Shown: positions 1-10,548, numbered from the stretch's first letter. The stretch: 64,000 nt of DNA from an uncultured Actinomycetes bacterium (GCA_963752505.1 CAVVYM010000001.1:87411-151410); one strand, 5' to 3'. Translations and numbers: made by a program. The notes: generated from the sequence alone by a model not told the origin.

Positions 1-206
1 GCCAACGTTTCCACCCCGTCGGCGACGAAGTCGGATACCTCGTCACGAATGGTGCACAGTTCACCGGTGCAGGTGCCGGTGAAGGCAAAGGGGTAGAAGA
101 CGATGACCACGTTCTTCTTTCCACGGAAGTCCGATAGCCGTACCTTCTGACCATGCTGGTTGGACAGTTGGAAGTCGGGTGCCAGGGCGCCAATCTCAAT
201 GGGCAT
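1..206 (-). CDS. ahpE: Peroxiredoxin, AhpE-like (N-terminal part; gene runs off the window start)
   Basis: Minus-strand translation from ATG at 206 gives MPIEIGALAPDFQLSNQHGQKVRLSDFRGKKNVVIVFYPFAFTGTCTGELCTIRDE. The FTGxCxxEL peroxidatic-Cys motif matches mycobacterial AhpE, and the gene lies near aceE and DUF3052 as in mycobacteria. Confidence 0.75.
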   Translation of the reverse strand, partial: MPIEIGALAPDFQLSNQHGQKVRLSDFRGKKNVVIVFYPFAFTGTCTGELCTIRDEVSDFVADGVETL

Positions 207-251
207 GCTTTCGATCTCCTTGTGACCGATCTGATGTGTTAGGTATGTGGC

Positions 252-1166
252 GTGAGTGAAATTCCCCCGCCATTACTGCAGCCCTCGCCTGGCGAGCGTG
301 GACTTGCCACCGCTGATCCCCATGCGTTGGTGAGCACAACGTTAGCCGCCTGGGACCTGTTCAGCGACTGCGCCCTGGAGGTGGATCCCGCCGCGGCGGT
401 GCGCAAGCGGACGGCGGGCCAGGCGGTGGCCGAAATGGGTACCTGGCCGGGCAGTCGAACGCTCACGGACATGCTCGAGGACGCCCGAGCCGGGCGGACG
501 TCGATGCCAGCCGACGCGTCGACCCCCGACGTGCCCGCGGAGCCGACCACGGCCGAACTCGCGGCCGCCTTACGGCGCTCGCGCGATTCGCTGGCGCAAT
601 GGGTGGAATCGGACCCGGAGTGGGAGGCCGATTCGCTGCTGCTCACCCCCACCATGCTCGGACCGCTCCCCTTGCTCACCGCCATTCACGGCGCCACCTA
701 CCCGATGGCGCTCATCGCGCTGGACCTGGCTGCCGCCGACCTCACTGCCCCCGAGGCGCTGCTGAATACCGGCCTCAACGCCTTGGTGGACACCACGGGA
801 GCCTTTGCAGCTCGGGTGAGCGCCGCAGCGTCGATCACCGCCCGCGTCCCGCATCGACAGATTGGCACCGGCGCGGCGCGCGGCGACTGGTGCACGCGCG
901 ACGTCAGCGATGCACCCCCGAACGAGGCCGGTCCGGCGGTGGTGGCCGACGTTTCGACCGTGCTGACCGTGACCGCCGGGCGCGCCGACGTCGCGGGCTT
1001 GTACCGGTCAGGTTCCCTGCGGCTGCACGATGTGCCCGGGTTGCTGCATTGGGTGCCCGTCGTCGAGTCGGTTCCGGGGCTGCCCGGTGGGGCCGCCTTG
1101 GCCCGCGCGGGCCGCTACCTGGGCGGCATTACGAACTTGATCTCGAAGTTGCCGTTCCGCCGCTGA
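252..1166 (+). CDS. Hypothetical protein (function unknown)
   Basis: 304-aa ORF with a GTG start. Its composition is more protein-like than the Ser/Ala-rich antisense ORF 239..685. I recognised no secure motif. Confidence 0.45.
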   Translation: MSEIPPPLLQPSPGERGLATADPHALVSTTLAAWDLFSDCALEVDPAAAVRKRTAGQAVAEMGTWPGSRTLTDMLEDARAGRTSMPADASTPDVPAEPTTAELAAALRRSRDSLAQWVESDPEWEADSLLLTPTMLGPLPLLTAIHGATYPMALIALDLAAADLTAPEALLNTGLNALVDTTGAFAARVSAAASITARVPHRQIGTGAARGDWCTRDVSDAPPNEAGPAVVADVSTVLTVTAGRADVAGLYRSGSLRLHDVPGLLHWVPVVESVPGLPGGAALARAGRYLGGITNLISKLPFRR

Positions 1167-1291
1167 ACGTTATGACCACTTTCGTCCGCCGATAAGGGCA
1201 ATATGTGCATACATGTTGCATAGCCACCTCATGTCGGGTGGACTGACTCGCGGGCTGTTGATTCACGGCCCGCTCACGCTAGGGAGGAACG

Positions 1292-1699
1292 TTGACGGCG
1301 ACCACGGGTCCGGCAAACGCGCTGGGCGTCAAGGCCGGCGAAGCGGTGATGGAAATCGGGTGGGACACCGACTGCGATGAATCACTGCGCGAAGTGGTGG
1401 CGAGCGCCGTCGAAGGCGATCTCCTCGACGAGGACTCCGATGAGGTTGTCGACGTTGTGCTGCTGTGGTGGCGGGCCGAGGACGGCGACCTCGTTGACGC
1501 CCTCATGGATGCCATCACGCCGTTGGCTGACCACGGCACGGTCTGGCTACTCACTCCCAAGTCGGGACGCGACGGCCACATCGAAGCTGCCGACATCTCC
1601 GAAGCTGCACCGGTAGCGGGGCTGCAACAGACCAGCACGATCAGCGCGTCCAAAGACTGGCAGGGCACCCGCCTTGTGAGTCCCAAAGCCAAGCGATAG
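1292..1699 (+). CDS. DUF3052 domain protein
   Basis: Contains EIGWDTDCDESLR, VVDVVLLWWRAEDGDLVDAL and VWLLTPKSGRDGH, typical of the actinobacterial DUF3052 family found next to aceE. TTG start is preceded by AGGGAGGA. Confidence 0.8.
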   Translation: MTATTGPANALGVKAGEAVMEIGWDTDCDESLREVVASAVEGDLLDEDSDEVVDVVLLWWRAEDGDLVDALMDAITPLADHGTVWLLTPKSGRDGHIEAADISEAAPVAGLQQTSTISASKDWQGTRLVSPKAKR

Positions 1700-1708
1700 G
1701 ACCCAAAG

Positions 1709-2530
1709 ATGCCCCGTGAGCTCATGTCAACCCGCCGCCGGATGACCATCGCGACGTGGAAGCCGCCGCACGAGGGATTGATCCAGGGAGTCATCACGCT
1801 TGACGCCACTGACGTGCTCGACTACATCGAACGTGCGCGCGAGATAACCGGCGAGAAGGTCACCATCACGTCCTTCATCGGTGCCGCTCTTGGCCGGGGG
1901 TTGGCTCTGGAGCCAACGCTGAACGGCTACATCGCGTTCGGGAAGTACTACGCCTACGACGATGTGAGCATCTCGTTCCTCGTCCAGGTGGACGGCGGCA
2001 AGCAATTGGCGCAGGTCCTCGTCAAGGACATCGACACACTCACCCCGGCCCAGGTCGCACACAAGTTGCAGTCCGGCGCGAGCCACGTTCGCAGCGGGCA
2101 AGACGAGAATTTCAAGAAGAGCGCCGACATCGCGTCGAAGACCCCGACCTGGGCTCTGCGGCGGATCTTCAGCCTGGCCGGATTCATGACCACTGCGATG
2201 GGACGCTCGTTCGGCGGCCAACCACCTTTCCCGTTCGGAGCCGCCATCATCACCAGCGTGGGCATGCTCGGCGTGGACGAGGCCTTCGTGCCACCGACGC
2301 CGTTTGCCCGGGTGCCGCTGTACATCGCGGTGGGGGCAATCCGCGACATGGTGTTCCCGGTCGACGGCAAGCCCGAGGTACGCAAGGGCATCACCATCAC
2401 CGCGACGCTGGATCACCGTTTCGTCGACGGCTTCCAAGCGGCCAGCGTGGCCCGCTCCTTCAAGAAGTCCTTCGCACAACCCGACAGCCTCGGGCCGCTC
2501 ACGGCACCTGCGGTGCAGCACGATCAGTAA
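1709..2530 (+). CDS. 2-oxoacid dehydrogenase acyltransferase (E2) catalytic-domain-only protein
   Basis: 273 aa with the catalytic DHRxxDG motif (TLDHRFVDGFQAA). No lipoyl or E1/E3-binding domain precedes it. Confidence 0.8.
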   Translation: MPRELMSTRRRMTIATWKPPHEGLIQGVITLDATDVLDYIERAREITGEKVTITSFIGAALGRGLALEPTLNGYIAFGKYYAYDDVSISFLVQVDGGKQLAQVLVKDIDTLTPAQVAHKLQSGASHVRSGQDENFKKSADIASKTPTWALRRIFSLAGFMTTAMGRSFGGQPPFPFGAAIITSVGMLGVDEAFVPPTPFARVPLYIAVGAIRDMVFPVDGKPEVRKGITITATLDHRFVDGFQAASVARSFKKSFAQPDSLGPLTAPAVQHDQ

Positions 2531-2584
2531 GCCGCCACGACAACCCACCGCCCAAACCCACACCAGCGCGTCTAGGAGAACCTC

Positions 2585-5317
2585 GTGAGCGAAGAAGCAA
2601 GAATCGTCAAGTCGCCGCTCCCTCTGCCCCACCAATACGTCGACCCGGATCCCGGTGAGAGCCAGGAGTGGCTGGATTCGCTTGATGCGCTCGCCCGCGA
2701 CGAGGGGGCGGATCGGGCGCGCTTCGTGCTACGGGAACTCCAACGGCGCGCCGCCGAGCTGGAGCTCGGCGTGCCCGATGTGCGCCAGACCGACTACATC
2801 AACAGCATCCACCCGGACGACGAGCCCGTGTACCCGGGCGACATCACCACCGAGAAGCGATTCGCCAAGATGGTCCGCTGGAATGCCGCGATGATGGTGC
2901 ATCGGGCCCAGCGGCCCGGGATCGGCGTCGGTGGCCACATCTCGACCTTCGCCTCGTCGGCCACCCTCTATGAAGTTGCCTACAACCACTTCTTCAAGGG
3001 CCCGAGCCACCCTGGTGGCGGCGACCAGGTGTTCTTCCAAGGCCACGCGGCGCCTGGCATCTACGCCCGGTCGTTCATGCTGGGTCGATTCGGAGCCGAT
3101 CGCATGGACGGTTTCCGGCAGGAGCTGTCGCACCCCGGTGGCGGCCTACCGTCGTACCCGCACCCCCGCCTGATGGCTGGCTACTGGCAGTTCCCAACGG
3201 TTTCCATGGGTCTCGGCCCGCTGCACGCCATCTATCAGGCGCGCTTCAACCGCTACCTGACCGGACGTGGCATCAAGGACACCAGCGACCAGCACGTCTG
3301 GGCCTTCGTGGGCGACGGCGAAACCGACGAGCCCGAAACGCTGGGCAAGATCAACCTCGCCGCGCGTGAGGAACTCGACAACCTCACCTTCGTCATCAAC
3401 TGCAACCTCCAGCGCCTCGACGGGCCAGTAAACGGCAACGGCAAGATCATCCAAGAGCTCGAGGCCCTCTACCGCGGTGCGGGCTGGAACGTCATCAAGG
3501 TCATCTGGGGCAGTCCGTGGGATCAACTGCTGGCCCAGGACACCGAGGGCGCGCTGGTCAACCTCATGAACAACACCCTCGATGGCGACTACCAGACCAT
3601 GAAGGCCGAGGACGGCGGGTTCATCCGGGAGTACTTCTTCAACCGCGACCCGCGCACCGCCGCGATGGTCGCGGACTGGACCGATGAGCAAATCTGGGGG
3701 CTTTACCGTGGTGGCCACGACTACACCAAGTTGCATGCCGCCTACGCCGCCGCGATGGCCCACAAGGGTCGCCCAACGGTGATCCTGGCCAAGACGGTCA
3801 AGGGCTACACCCTCGGCTCCCACTTCGAGGGCCGCAACTCGACCCACCAGATGAAGAAGTTGACCCTTGACGACATCAAGGGCCTTCGCGACCGGCTCGA
3901 GATTCCGATTCCGGACTCCGAGCTCGACCCCTATCTCCCTCCGTACTACAACCCTGGTCTGGATGACCCCGCAGTGCAGTACGCGATGGATCATCGCCAG
4001 GGCCTTGGCGGTTTCCTCCCCAGCCGGCGTGACGAGTCTCGACCCCTGGTGCTACCCGGGGACAAGGTCTACGAGGTCATGACCAAGGGCTCCGGCAAGC
4101 AGGAGGTCGCCACGACGATGGCCTTCGTCCGGCTGCTCAAGGACCTCGTCAAGGATCCTGAAATCGGCCACCGCATCGTGCCGATCATCCCCGACGAGGC
4201 GCGCACCTTCGGTGTGGACGCCATGTTCCCGACGCAGAAGATCTTCAACCAGCACGGCCAGCTCTACACCGCGGTCGACCGCGAGTTGCTGCTCTCGTAC
4301 AAGGAGAGCAACGCTGGCCAGATCCTGCACGAGGGCATCAACGAAGCCGGCTCGATGGCCACCTTCGCAGCAGCTGGCACCTCGTACTCCACACACGATG
4401 AGCCGATGATCCCGGTCTACATCTTCTATTCGATGTTCGGCTACCAGCGCACCGGTGATCAGTTCTGGTTGGCCATGGATCAGCGGGCCCGGGGCTTCAT
4501 CATCGGTGCCACCGCCGGGCGCACGACCCTTAACGGCGAGGGTCTGCAGCACGAAGACGGCCACTCGCCGTTGATGGCGGCGACCAACCCGGTGCTGGTC
4601 TACTACGACCCCGCGTACTCCTACGAGATCGTGCACATCGTCAAGGACGGCCTGCGCCGGATGTATGGCGAAAACTCCGAAGACATCTTCTACTACCTGA
4701 CCGTTTACAACGAACCCATCCCCCAGCCGGCGCAACCAGACGACGTCGATGTCGACGGCATCCTGCGCGGTATGCACCTGGTGGCCCCCGCGGCATCCGG
4801 CGACGGCCCTCAGGCGCAGATCCTGGCGGCTGGTATCGCGCTGCCCTGGGCCATGAAGGCGCAGCGGCTGCTAGCCGAACAGTGGGGCGTGCAGGCGTCT
4901 GTGTGGTCAGTGACCTCGTGGACGGAATTGCGCCGTGACGGCCTGGCAGTCGACCTGCACAACCTGACCCAACCCACTGAACCGCCGCAGACGGCCTTCG
5001 TGACCCAGAAGCTGTCGGGTCGTCCAGGGCCAGTCGTGGGTGTCTCGGACTACATGACCGCCGTGCAGGACCTCATCCGGCCCTGGGTCCCCAGCGACTA
5101 CTACACGTTGGGCACTGACGGGTGGGGCCTGTCCGATACCCGCGGTGCGCTGCGTCGGCACTTCCTCGTGGACGCCGAATCGATCACGGTGCAGGTGCTG
5201 TCGGCGCTGGCTCGGCGCGGCGAGATGGACCCGGCACGAGTGGCCGAAGCGATCAACCGCTACCAGCTATGGGACCCGGCCGCCGCCGACGCGGGCAGCA
5301 CCGAAGGCGGGGGCTGA
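2585..5317 (+). CDS. aceE: Pyruvate dehydrogenase E1 component, homodimeric type
   Basis: 910 aa, typical AceE length. Contains the ThDP-binding GDGETDEPE region and a conserved C-terminal transketolase-like part. Confidence 0.97.
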   Translation: MSEEARIVKSPLPLPHQYVDPDPGESQEWLDSLDALARDEGADRARFVLRELQRRAAELELGVPDVRQTDYINSIHPDDEPVYPGDITTEKRFAKMVRWNAAMMVHRAQRPGIGVGGHISTFASSATLYEVAYNHFFKGPSHPGGGDQVFFQGHAAPGIYARSFMLGRFGADRMDGFRQELSHPGGGLPSYPHPRLMAGYWQFPTVSMGLGPLHAIYQARFNRYLTGRGIKDTSDQHVWAFVGDGETDEPETLGKINLAAREELDNLTFVINCNLQRLDGPVNGNGKIIQELEALYRGAGWNVIKVIWGSPWDQLLAQDTEGALVNLMNNTLDGDYQTMKAEDGGFIREYFFNRDPRTAAMVADWTDEQIWGLYRGGHDYTKLHAAYAAAMAHKGRPTVILAKTVKGYTLGSHFEGRNSTHQMKKLTLDDIKGLRDRLEIPIPDSELDPYLPPYYNPGLDDPAVQYAMDHRQGLGGFLPSRRDESRPLVLPGDKVYEVMTKGSGKQEVATTMAFVRLLKDLVKDPEIGHRIVPIIPDEARTFGVDAMFPTQKIFNQHGQLYTAVDRELLLSYKESNAGQILHEGINEAGSMATFAAAGTSYSTHDEPMIPVYIFYSMFGYQRTGDQFWLAMDQRARGFIIGATAGRTTLNGEGLQHEDGHSPLMAATNPVLVYYDPAYSYEIVHIVKDGLRRMYGENSEDIFYYLTVYNEPIPQPAQPDDVDVDGILRGMHLVAPAASGDGPQAQILAAGIALPWAMKAQRLLAEQWGVQASVWSVTSWTELRRDGLAVDLHNLTQPTEPPQTAFVTQKLSGRPGPVVGVSDYMTAVQDLIRPWVPSDYYTLGTDGWGLSDTRGALRRHFLVDAESITVQVLSALARRGEMDPARVAEAINRYQLWDPAAADAGSTEGGG

Positions 5318-5418
5318 ACGCAGCCGGTCGGACTGGCACCCTCAACCTGCGTGAAGGGGCCAGGCGTGCCAGCCGATCGGGGCCAGGAGGGTCAGCTCAC
5401 CCGGGCCAGGAGGGGTCG

Positions 5419-5961
5419 TCAGCCGACCTGGTTGAGCCAGCGCACCGGGGCACCGTCGCCGGCATGCCGGAAAGGTTCGAGTTCGTCGTCCCATGGTCGT
5501 CCCATGAGAAGTTCGAGTTCGTCTTCCAGGTTGAACTCTTCACCCAGGATTGACGCTGCCATGGAACGTCCGAGCATTTCGCGAATCTGCTCTTCGCCGA
5601 CCATCACATCGCCGTTCGAGGCGATGGTGGCTCGAAAGATGCCGAGATCGGGCGTGCACGAGTAGCGCTCCCCATCAGTGCCGGGAGTCGGCTCCTCCGT
5701 CACCTCGAACCGCAGCCCAGGAAACGCGCGCAGCTCCGTGGCGAGACGCGAGGCAAGACCGGGAGATCCGTGCCAGGAGTACTCGCAGCGCAGAGCCCCC
5801 TCGAGTGCGGGCTGCGGCGTGAACTCTAGGTTCACGTCCGACCCCAGCACTCGCTCGAGCGCCCACGAAACGTGGGCACTCATGGCTTTTGTGCAGGTGT
5901 GGACGAACACGACGCCACGCGCTTGGCTCACGCCGCCAGCCACACCGGTGTGTGATGTCAC
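5419..5961 (-). CDS. DUF3145 domain protein
   Basis: Contains VFVHTC..AHVSWALERVLG, LRCEYSWHG, LRFEVTEEPTPGTDGERYSCTPDLGIF. I place the start at GTG 5961, 6 nt after GAGGAGG, rather than at the ORF-track ATG 6042. Confidence 0.8.
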   Translation of the reverse strand: MTSHTGVAGGVSQARGVVFVHTCTKAMSAHVSWALERVLGSDVNLEFTPQPALEGALRCEYSWHGSPGLASRLATELRAFPGLRFEVTEEPTPGTDGERYSCTPDLGIFRATIASNGDVMVGEEQIREMLGRSMAASILGEEFNLEDELELLMGRPWDDELEPFRHAGDGAPVRWLNQVG

Positions 5962-6107
5962 GACCGTCCTCCTCGATTGAGAGTCGCCTTCCCCTGCGCC
6001 CTCGTGAAGTTCGGTTTGACAGGCGCAACTATAGCAACGCACACCGGAATGGCAACACCCGTCTCACGAACCACTTCAGTCACAAACATCACACGGGTCT
6101 GACGAGG

Positions 6108-7043
6108 TCACGCACTTCGATCGACTGCTGCAAGCCAACTCGCTACGGCATCACGGTATCCCAGTGACGAGCGGTATTCGGCCAATTCGTCGGATACACC
6201 GCGCAACGATTCGCGCAAGGCACGCTGCTCGCGTCCGGTCAGGTCCGCCAACGGTGTCAGAAAGGTCCGAATCGTGAAGACCACACCAAGTCCGTCGGGC
6301 ACCGGCCGCATCGTCTGACGCTCCGTGCGCAACCACAACTGCTCTGGTGGTGCGGGATCAGATTGGCCGTCGACTCCACCCTCGGCCACAACCAGCCGTG
6401 GCGAATCGACCAGCACCCAGTTGAAGCGCTCCACGATGGCGTCGCCCGCAGCAACCCGATCGAGCGCCTGCGTACTAGCCCTCGCTAGCCGCGCGGCATA
6501 GCCGGGCACCGGGTTGTGGATGGCATCGAGTCCGGCCCCAATCTTGTCGGCAACGCGCCAACCGCTCGGGAAGCACACGGCCGCGGCCCATAGCCGCCAT
6601 TGATGCGATCGACGCTGCATCAGGCAGAGGTCTTCCTGCACCCGCAGCGAGACGTCAGCAAGCTCCCGTTCCGCCGGCCGGCCCTGGTAGTACTTCGACG
6701 GGAGCTCGTGGTCCGCCCCCGACTCCAGATCAGGTACGGCCTGGCGCACCATCTCGGCCAGCGCCGCGATCCCCTCCTCGGCGCCGGGCAGGGCGGCCAA
6801 GACGTCACCCGGCCGAGTTCGGAGGAGTTCCGCCTTCACCGGCAACTGCTCGGGGTGATCCGAGCCGGGAAGCAACCACTCCGAGGTAGGACGGGTGCCC
6901 ACCACCATTCGGAAGGGTTTCGGCGTCAGCGGAACGGCACGACTTCGCAAGGGATCGCTCGGTCCGATGTACACGGCCCACAGGATAAACACAGCGACCA
7001 CTACCGATGTCCAGTGCGCAGGGCATGGTTCGCCCAGTCGCAC
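6108..7043 (-). CDS. DUF3445 family protein (heme-dependent oxidative N-demethylase alpha-subunit-like)
   Basis: Family-like segments: KPFRMVVGTRPTSEWLL, VQEDLCLMQR, AAAVCFPSGWRVADKIG, IHNPVPGY. The start codon is uncertain. Confidence 0.6.
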   Translation of the reverse strand: MRLGEPCPAHWTSVVVAVFILWAVYIGPSDPLRSRAVPLTPKPFRMVVGTRPTSEWLLPGSDHPEQLPVKAELLRTRPGDVLAALPGAEEGIAALAEMVRQAVPDLESGADHELPSKYYQGRPAERELADVSLRVQEDLCLMQRRSHQWRLWAAAVCFPSGWRVADKIGAGLDAIHNPVPGYAARLARASTQALDRVAAGDAIVERFNWVLVDSPRLVVAEGGVDGQSDPAPPEQLWLRTERQTMRPVPDGLGVVFTIRTFLTPLADLTGREQRALRESLRGVSDELAEYRSSLGYRDAVASWLAAVDRSA

Positions 7044-7082
7044 TAGGCTGACCTACGATATCCGCCACCGGAAGGTCACACT

Positions 7083-9530
7083 GTGAGCACTGATTTCTCA
7101 CCGCCCCCCATAACTCCCAGCGAACTCGCCAAAGAGTTCATGCGGAATCTGCGCACGACCCAGGGTGTGGACCTGACTCGAGCCACCAACAACGACCTGT
7201 ACCAGGCGCTGGGCCTCACCGTCCGGGGCCTGCTCATGCAGGATTGGATGGATCGCCTGGCGACGCAGTTGGTGACCGGGCCGAAGGTTGTGGCCTACCT
7301 CAGTGCCGAGTACCTCCTTGGGCCCCAACTGCTCAACACGCTGCTCGCTTACGACCTCGAGAATCAGATGCGCACCGCGTTGGCCGAGTTGGGCTTGGAT
7401 CTGGACACGCTGGTGGCCATCGAACCCGAACCCGGCCTGGGCAATGGTGGCCTGGGACGGCTGGCGGCGTGCTATATCGACTCCTTGGCCACTCTCGGCA
7501 TCCCAGCGGTGGGCTACGGCATCCGCTACGAGTACGGGATCTTCCGTCAGGTCTTCGAAGACGGCAAGCAGGTCGAACTGCCGGACAAGTGGCTCAGCGA
7601 CGGCAACCCCTGGGAGTTCCCGCACACCCACATGTCCCAGACCATCGGATTCGGTGGTCGCACCGAGAGCCACGTGGACGCTCTCGGCCAACTGCGCACC
7701 ACCTGGGTTCCGGACTACACGGTCAACGCGGTGCCTTACAACTACCTGGTACCCGGCTACCAGAACGGCGTCGTCAACACCCTGCGACTCTGGGCCGCCG
7801 AATCACCCGACGAGTTCAATCTGTCGATCTTCAACCGCGGTGACTACGTCGACGCCGTCGAGGATCAGGTGAAGGCATCCAACCTCTCGAAAGTGCTCTA
7901 TCCGGAGGACTCCACGCCGCAGGGCAAGGAACTGCGACTGTCCCAGCAGTACTTCTTCACCGCGGCATCCATCCGCGATTTCCTCGACCAGACGCTACCT
8001 GAGGGATTCGACCTGCAGAACCTTCCCGATCGGGTGGTCTTCCAGCTCAACGACACCCACCCGGTGATCGGCATCCCCGAACTCATGCGCATCCTCGTGG
8101 ACGAGCAGGGCATGTCGTGGGACAAGGCCTGGGAAATCACCACGCAGACGTTCAACTACACCTGCCACACGCTGATGCCCGAGGCGCTCGAGGTGTGGGC
8201 AGTGGATCTCATCGAGAAGCTTCTCCCCCGCCACATGGAGATCATCTACGAGATCAACGCCCGTTTCCTGACCGAGGTCGCCGCCAAGTACCCCGGCGAC
8301 GACGAGCTCGTGTCGCGTATGTCGATCATCCAAGAGGAGCCTTGGCGCGGGGTTCGTATGGCCCACCTCGCCGTCGTCGGCTCGACTCGGGTGAACGGCG
8401 TGGCGGAGTTGCACTCCCAGTTGCTGCGCGATCGCGTACTGCACGACTTCTCCACGATGTGGCCGGAGAAGTTCACCAACGTCACCAACGGCATCACACC
8501 GCGCCGGTTCCTGCGGGTCGCCAACCGGGGCCTGTCCAAGTTGATCACCGACACGATCGGGCCGGGCTGGGAGGCCGATCTGGATCGGCTCGAGGAATTG
8601 GTTCCCTACGCCGACGACGCCTCCTTCCGGGAGGAGTTCGCTGCGGTAAAGAAGGCGAACAAGGCCCGATTCGCCGGGGTGCTGGCCGAGCGCGACGGCA
8701 TTGAGATCGACCCGGCGACCATGTTCGACGTCATGGTCAAACGGCTCCACGAGTACAAGCGGCAGATTCTCAAACTGCTGCACATCGTCACGCTCTACCA
8801 GCGCATCAAGGCCGACCCGTCGGCGCCCATCGTGCCCCGAACTTTCATTTTCGGGGCCAAGGCGGCACCTGGCTACCTCATGGCGAAGCAGACGATCGAG
8901 GTCATCTTGGCAGTCGCGAAGGCGATCGACGACGATCCAGTGGTGCGCGGTCGCCTGCGCATCGCTTTCCCCGCCAACTACAACGTGGTGCTCAACCAGG
9001 TGATCGTGCCCGCGGCGGAATTGAGCGAGCAGATCTCCATGGCCGGCAAGGAAGCCTCCGGCACCGGCAACATGAAATTCGCCCTCAACGGCGCCCTCAC
9101 CGTCGGAACACTGGATGGGGCCAACGTTGAAATCGAGCAGCTCGTTGGCAGAGACAACTTCTTCCTGTTCGGCCTGACCGTCGATGAGGTCACCGCACTG
9201 CAGGAGTCCGGCTATCAACCCCGCGACTTCTACTACAGCGACCCCGAGTTGCGCCGAGCCATCGACGCGCTCCAGGGCGGGGTGCTGCTCGGGTCAGCGC
9301 GCGAGGCCGGCCACGCGGTGGTCGAACACTTGATGAACTCCGATCCGTTCCTGGTGCTCGCCGACTACCGGGCCTACATCGACATCCAGGATCGGGTGTC
9401 CGAGACCTATCTGGACGTTGACAAGTGGAATCGGATGGCCATCCTCAACGTGGCCCGCACCGGCTACTTCTCGTCCGACCGGTCCATCGCCGACTACCTC
9501 GACCGGATCTGGCACGCCACGCCGGGCTGA
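7083..9530 (+). CDS. glgP: Glycogen/maltodextrin phosphorylase
   Basis: 815 aa with the PLP-lysine motif EASGTGNMKFALNG and a conserved GT35 N-terminus (GLGNGGLGRLAAC). Confidence 0.96.
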   Translation: MSTDFSPPPITPSELAKEFMRNLRTTQGVDLTRATNNDLYQALGLTVRGLLMQDWMDRLATQLVTGPKVVAYLSAEYLLGPQLLNTLLAYDLENQMRTALAELGLDLDTLVAIEPEPGLGNGGLGRLAACYIDSLATLGIPAVGYGIRYEYGIFRQVFEDGKQVELPDKWLSDGNPWEFPHTHMSQTIGFGGRTESHVDALGQLRTTWVPDYTVNAVPYNYLVPGYQNGVVNTLRLWAAESPDEFNLSIFNRGDYVDAVEDQVKASNLSKVLYPEDSTPQGKELRLSQQYFFTAASIRDFLDQTLPEGFDLQNLPDRVVFQLNDTHPVIGIPELMRILVDEQGMSWDKAWEITTQTFNYTCHTLMPEALEVWAVDLIEKLLPRHMEIIYEINARFLTEVAAKYPGDDELVSRMSIIQEEPWRGVRMAHLAVVGSTRVNGVAELHSQLLRDRVLHDFSTMWPEKFTNVTNGITPRRFLRVANRGLSKLITDTIGPGWEADLDRLEELVPYADDASFREEFAAVKKANKARFAGVLAERDGIEIDPATMFDVMVKRLHEYKRQILKLLHIVTLYQRIKADPSAPIVPRTFIFGAKAAPGYLMAKQTIEVILAVAKAIDDDPVVRGRLRIAFPANYNVVLNQVIVPAAELSEQISMAGKEASGTGNMKFALNGALTVGTLDGANVEIEQLVGRDNFFLFGLTVDEVTALQESGYQPRDFYYSDPELRRAIDALQGGVLLGSAREAGHAVVEHLMNSDPFLVLADYRAYIDIQDRVSETYLDVDKWNRMAILNVARTGYFSSDRSIADYLDRIWHATPG

Positions 9531-9550
9531 TCCCCGCCCCGTGAGACGCG

Positions 9551-9614
9551 AGTGCACACCTTCGTCGCACTAGACGGCTGATTCCGCCCATCGAGTGCGA
9601 CGAAGGTGTGCACT
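9551..9614. repeat. REP-like palindrome, copy 1 (likely bidirectional terminator between convergent glgP and the rpf-like gene)
   Basis: AGTGCACACCTTCGTCGCACT (9551-9571) is perfectly complementary to 9594-9614, with a 22-nt spacer. It shares its core with copies at 18484, 19571 and 41878. Confidence 0.8.
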
Positions 9615-9627
9615 TCGCCGTTACGGG

Positions 9628-10548
9628 TTAGGCGCAGGCCCAGGGCTGCCAGCCGCGCGACTGCCACGTGCGATAGGCGATGTAGTTCTGCTGCGCGGGG
9701 GTGGCCAGGTGGGCGTACGAGGCGAACTGGCCGCCACCGTTGCCCAGCCAGGTGCGGTAGTCGAACTGCCAGGCACCGTAGTAGCCGTTCCCGGTGCTGA
9801 TGCCGTAGTTGCCGCCTGACTCGCAGCGGATCACGCTCTGGGCCTTGGCCGAGCTCGCCCACGCCTCTGACGCGCTGAACGGGTTGGCAGCAGCAGCACG
9901 CGCCCGCATGTTGGCCTGGATGGCCGCAATGAAGGCGGCTTCGGCCCGCATCTTCTGCGCAACAGCGGCGCGGATGGCGGCTTCGTAGCGCCACTTGGCG
10001 GCCACGGCCTCACGAATCGCGGCCTCGTAGCGCCACTTCGCGGCCACGGCCGCACGGATCGCTGCGGCGCGTTCGGCGGCCTCCTGGCGCCACTTGGCGG
10101 CCACCGCCGCACGTACAGCCTGGTCATAGGCCAACTGCGCTTCCGCGTTCGGCGCGGAAACGGGAGCGTCGACAGCTGGCACATCTACGGCGGGGGCTTC
10201 CGCCGCAAGAACGACCGGTGCGGGCGCTGCCGGAACTTCCACAACAGTCGCCGCAGCGGGTGCTGCCGGAGCTTCTACGACAGTCGGCGCGGCGGGCGCT
10301 GCCGGAGCTTGAGTGACGGCAGGGATCTCAACGATCTCGGTCGGCGCGCCCGGCAACTGCACGGGGGCCTCGGTCGGGTCCGCAGGTGCGGGGAGAATTC
10401 CCTCGACGGGCGCCCCCTGCACCTCTGCTTCGGGCTGAGCAACCGGGGTCACCGGCGCTTCTTGTGCCATCGCTGGTGCGGCGGACAGCAGGGAGGCGCC
10501 GGCCGCGAGTGCCGCGACAGGAAGGACGTAGGACACGGACTTGCGCAT
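9628..10548 (-). CDS. Secreted Rpf-domain (resuscitation-promoting-factor-like transglycosylase) protein with Ala/Pro-rich and 14-aa repeat regions
   Basis: Start ATG 10548 follows AAGGAGGA. Signal peptide MRKSVSYVLPVAALAAGASLLSAAPAMA. The C-terminus CESGGNYGISTGNGYYGAWQFDYRTW...GWQPWACA matches the Rpf transglycosylase-like domain. Confidence 0.85.
   Translation of the reverse strand: MRKSVSYVLPVAALAAGASLLSAAPAMAQEAPVTPVAQPEAEVQGAPVEGILPAPADPTEAPVQLPGAPTEIVEIPAVTQAPAAPAAPTVVEAPAAPAAATVVEVPAAPAPVVLAAEAPAVDVPAVDAPVSAPNAEAQLAYDQAVRAAVAAKWRQEAAERAAAIRAAVAAKWRYEAAIREAVAAKWRYEAAIRAAVAQKMRAEAAFIAAIQANMRARAAAANPFSASEAWASSAKAQSVIRCESGGNYGISTGNGYYGAWQFDYRTWLGNGGGQFASYAHLATPAQQNYIAYRTWQSRGWQPWACA
9916..10116. 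repeat. In-frame 42-bp tandem repeat (AAVAAKWRYEAAIR units) inside the rpf-like gene
   Basis: Protein reads AAVAAKWRQEAAER/AAAIRAAVAAKWRYEAAIR/EAVAAKWRYEAAIR/AAVAQKMRAEAAFI. The DNA units at about 9970-10053 are nearly identical. Confidence 0.8.

Noticed and set aside
239-685. Minus-strand 148-aa ORF overlapping the 252..1166 ORF.
   Set aside because: Its composition is Ser/Ala/Gly-rich and low-complexity with no start context. The plus-strand ORF is longer and more protein-like, although its function is also unknown.
5324-5380. Inverted repeat CCGGTCGGACTGGCAC...GTGCCAGCCGATCGG between convergent aceE and the DUF3145 gene, as a possible terminator.
   Set aside because: The stem has a bulge, the loop is 26 nt and there is no U-tract. 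It is plausible but too weak to list as a feature.
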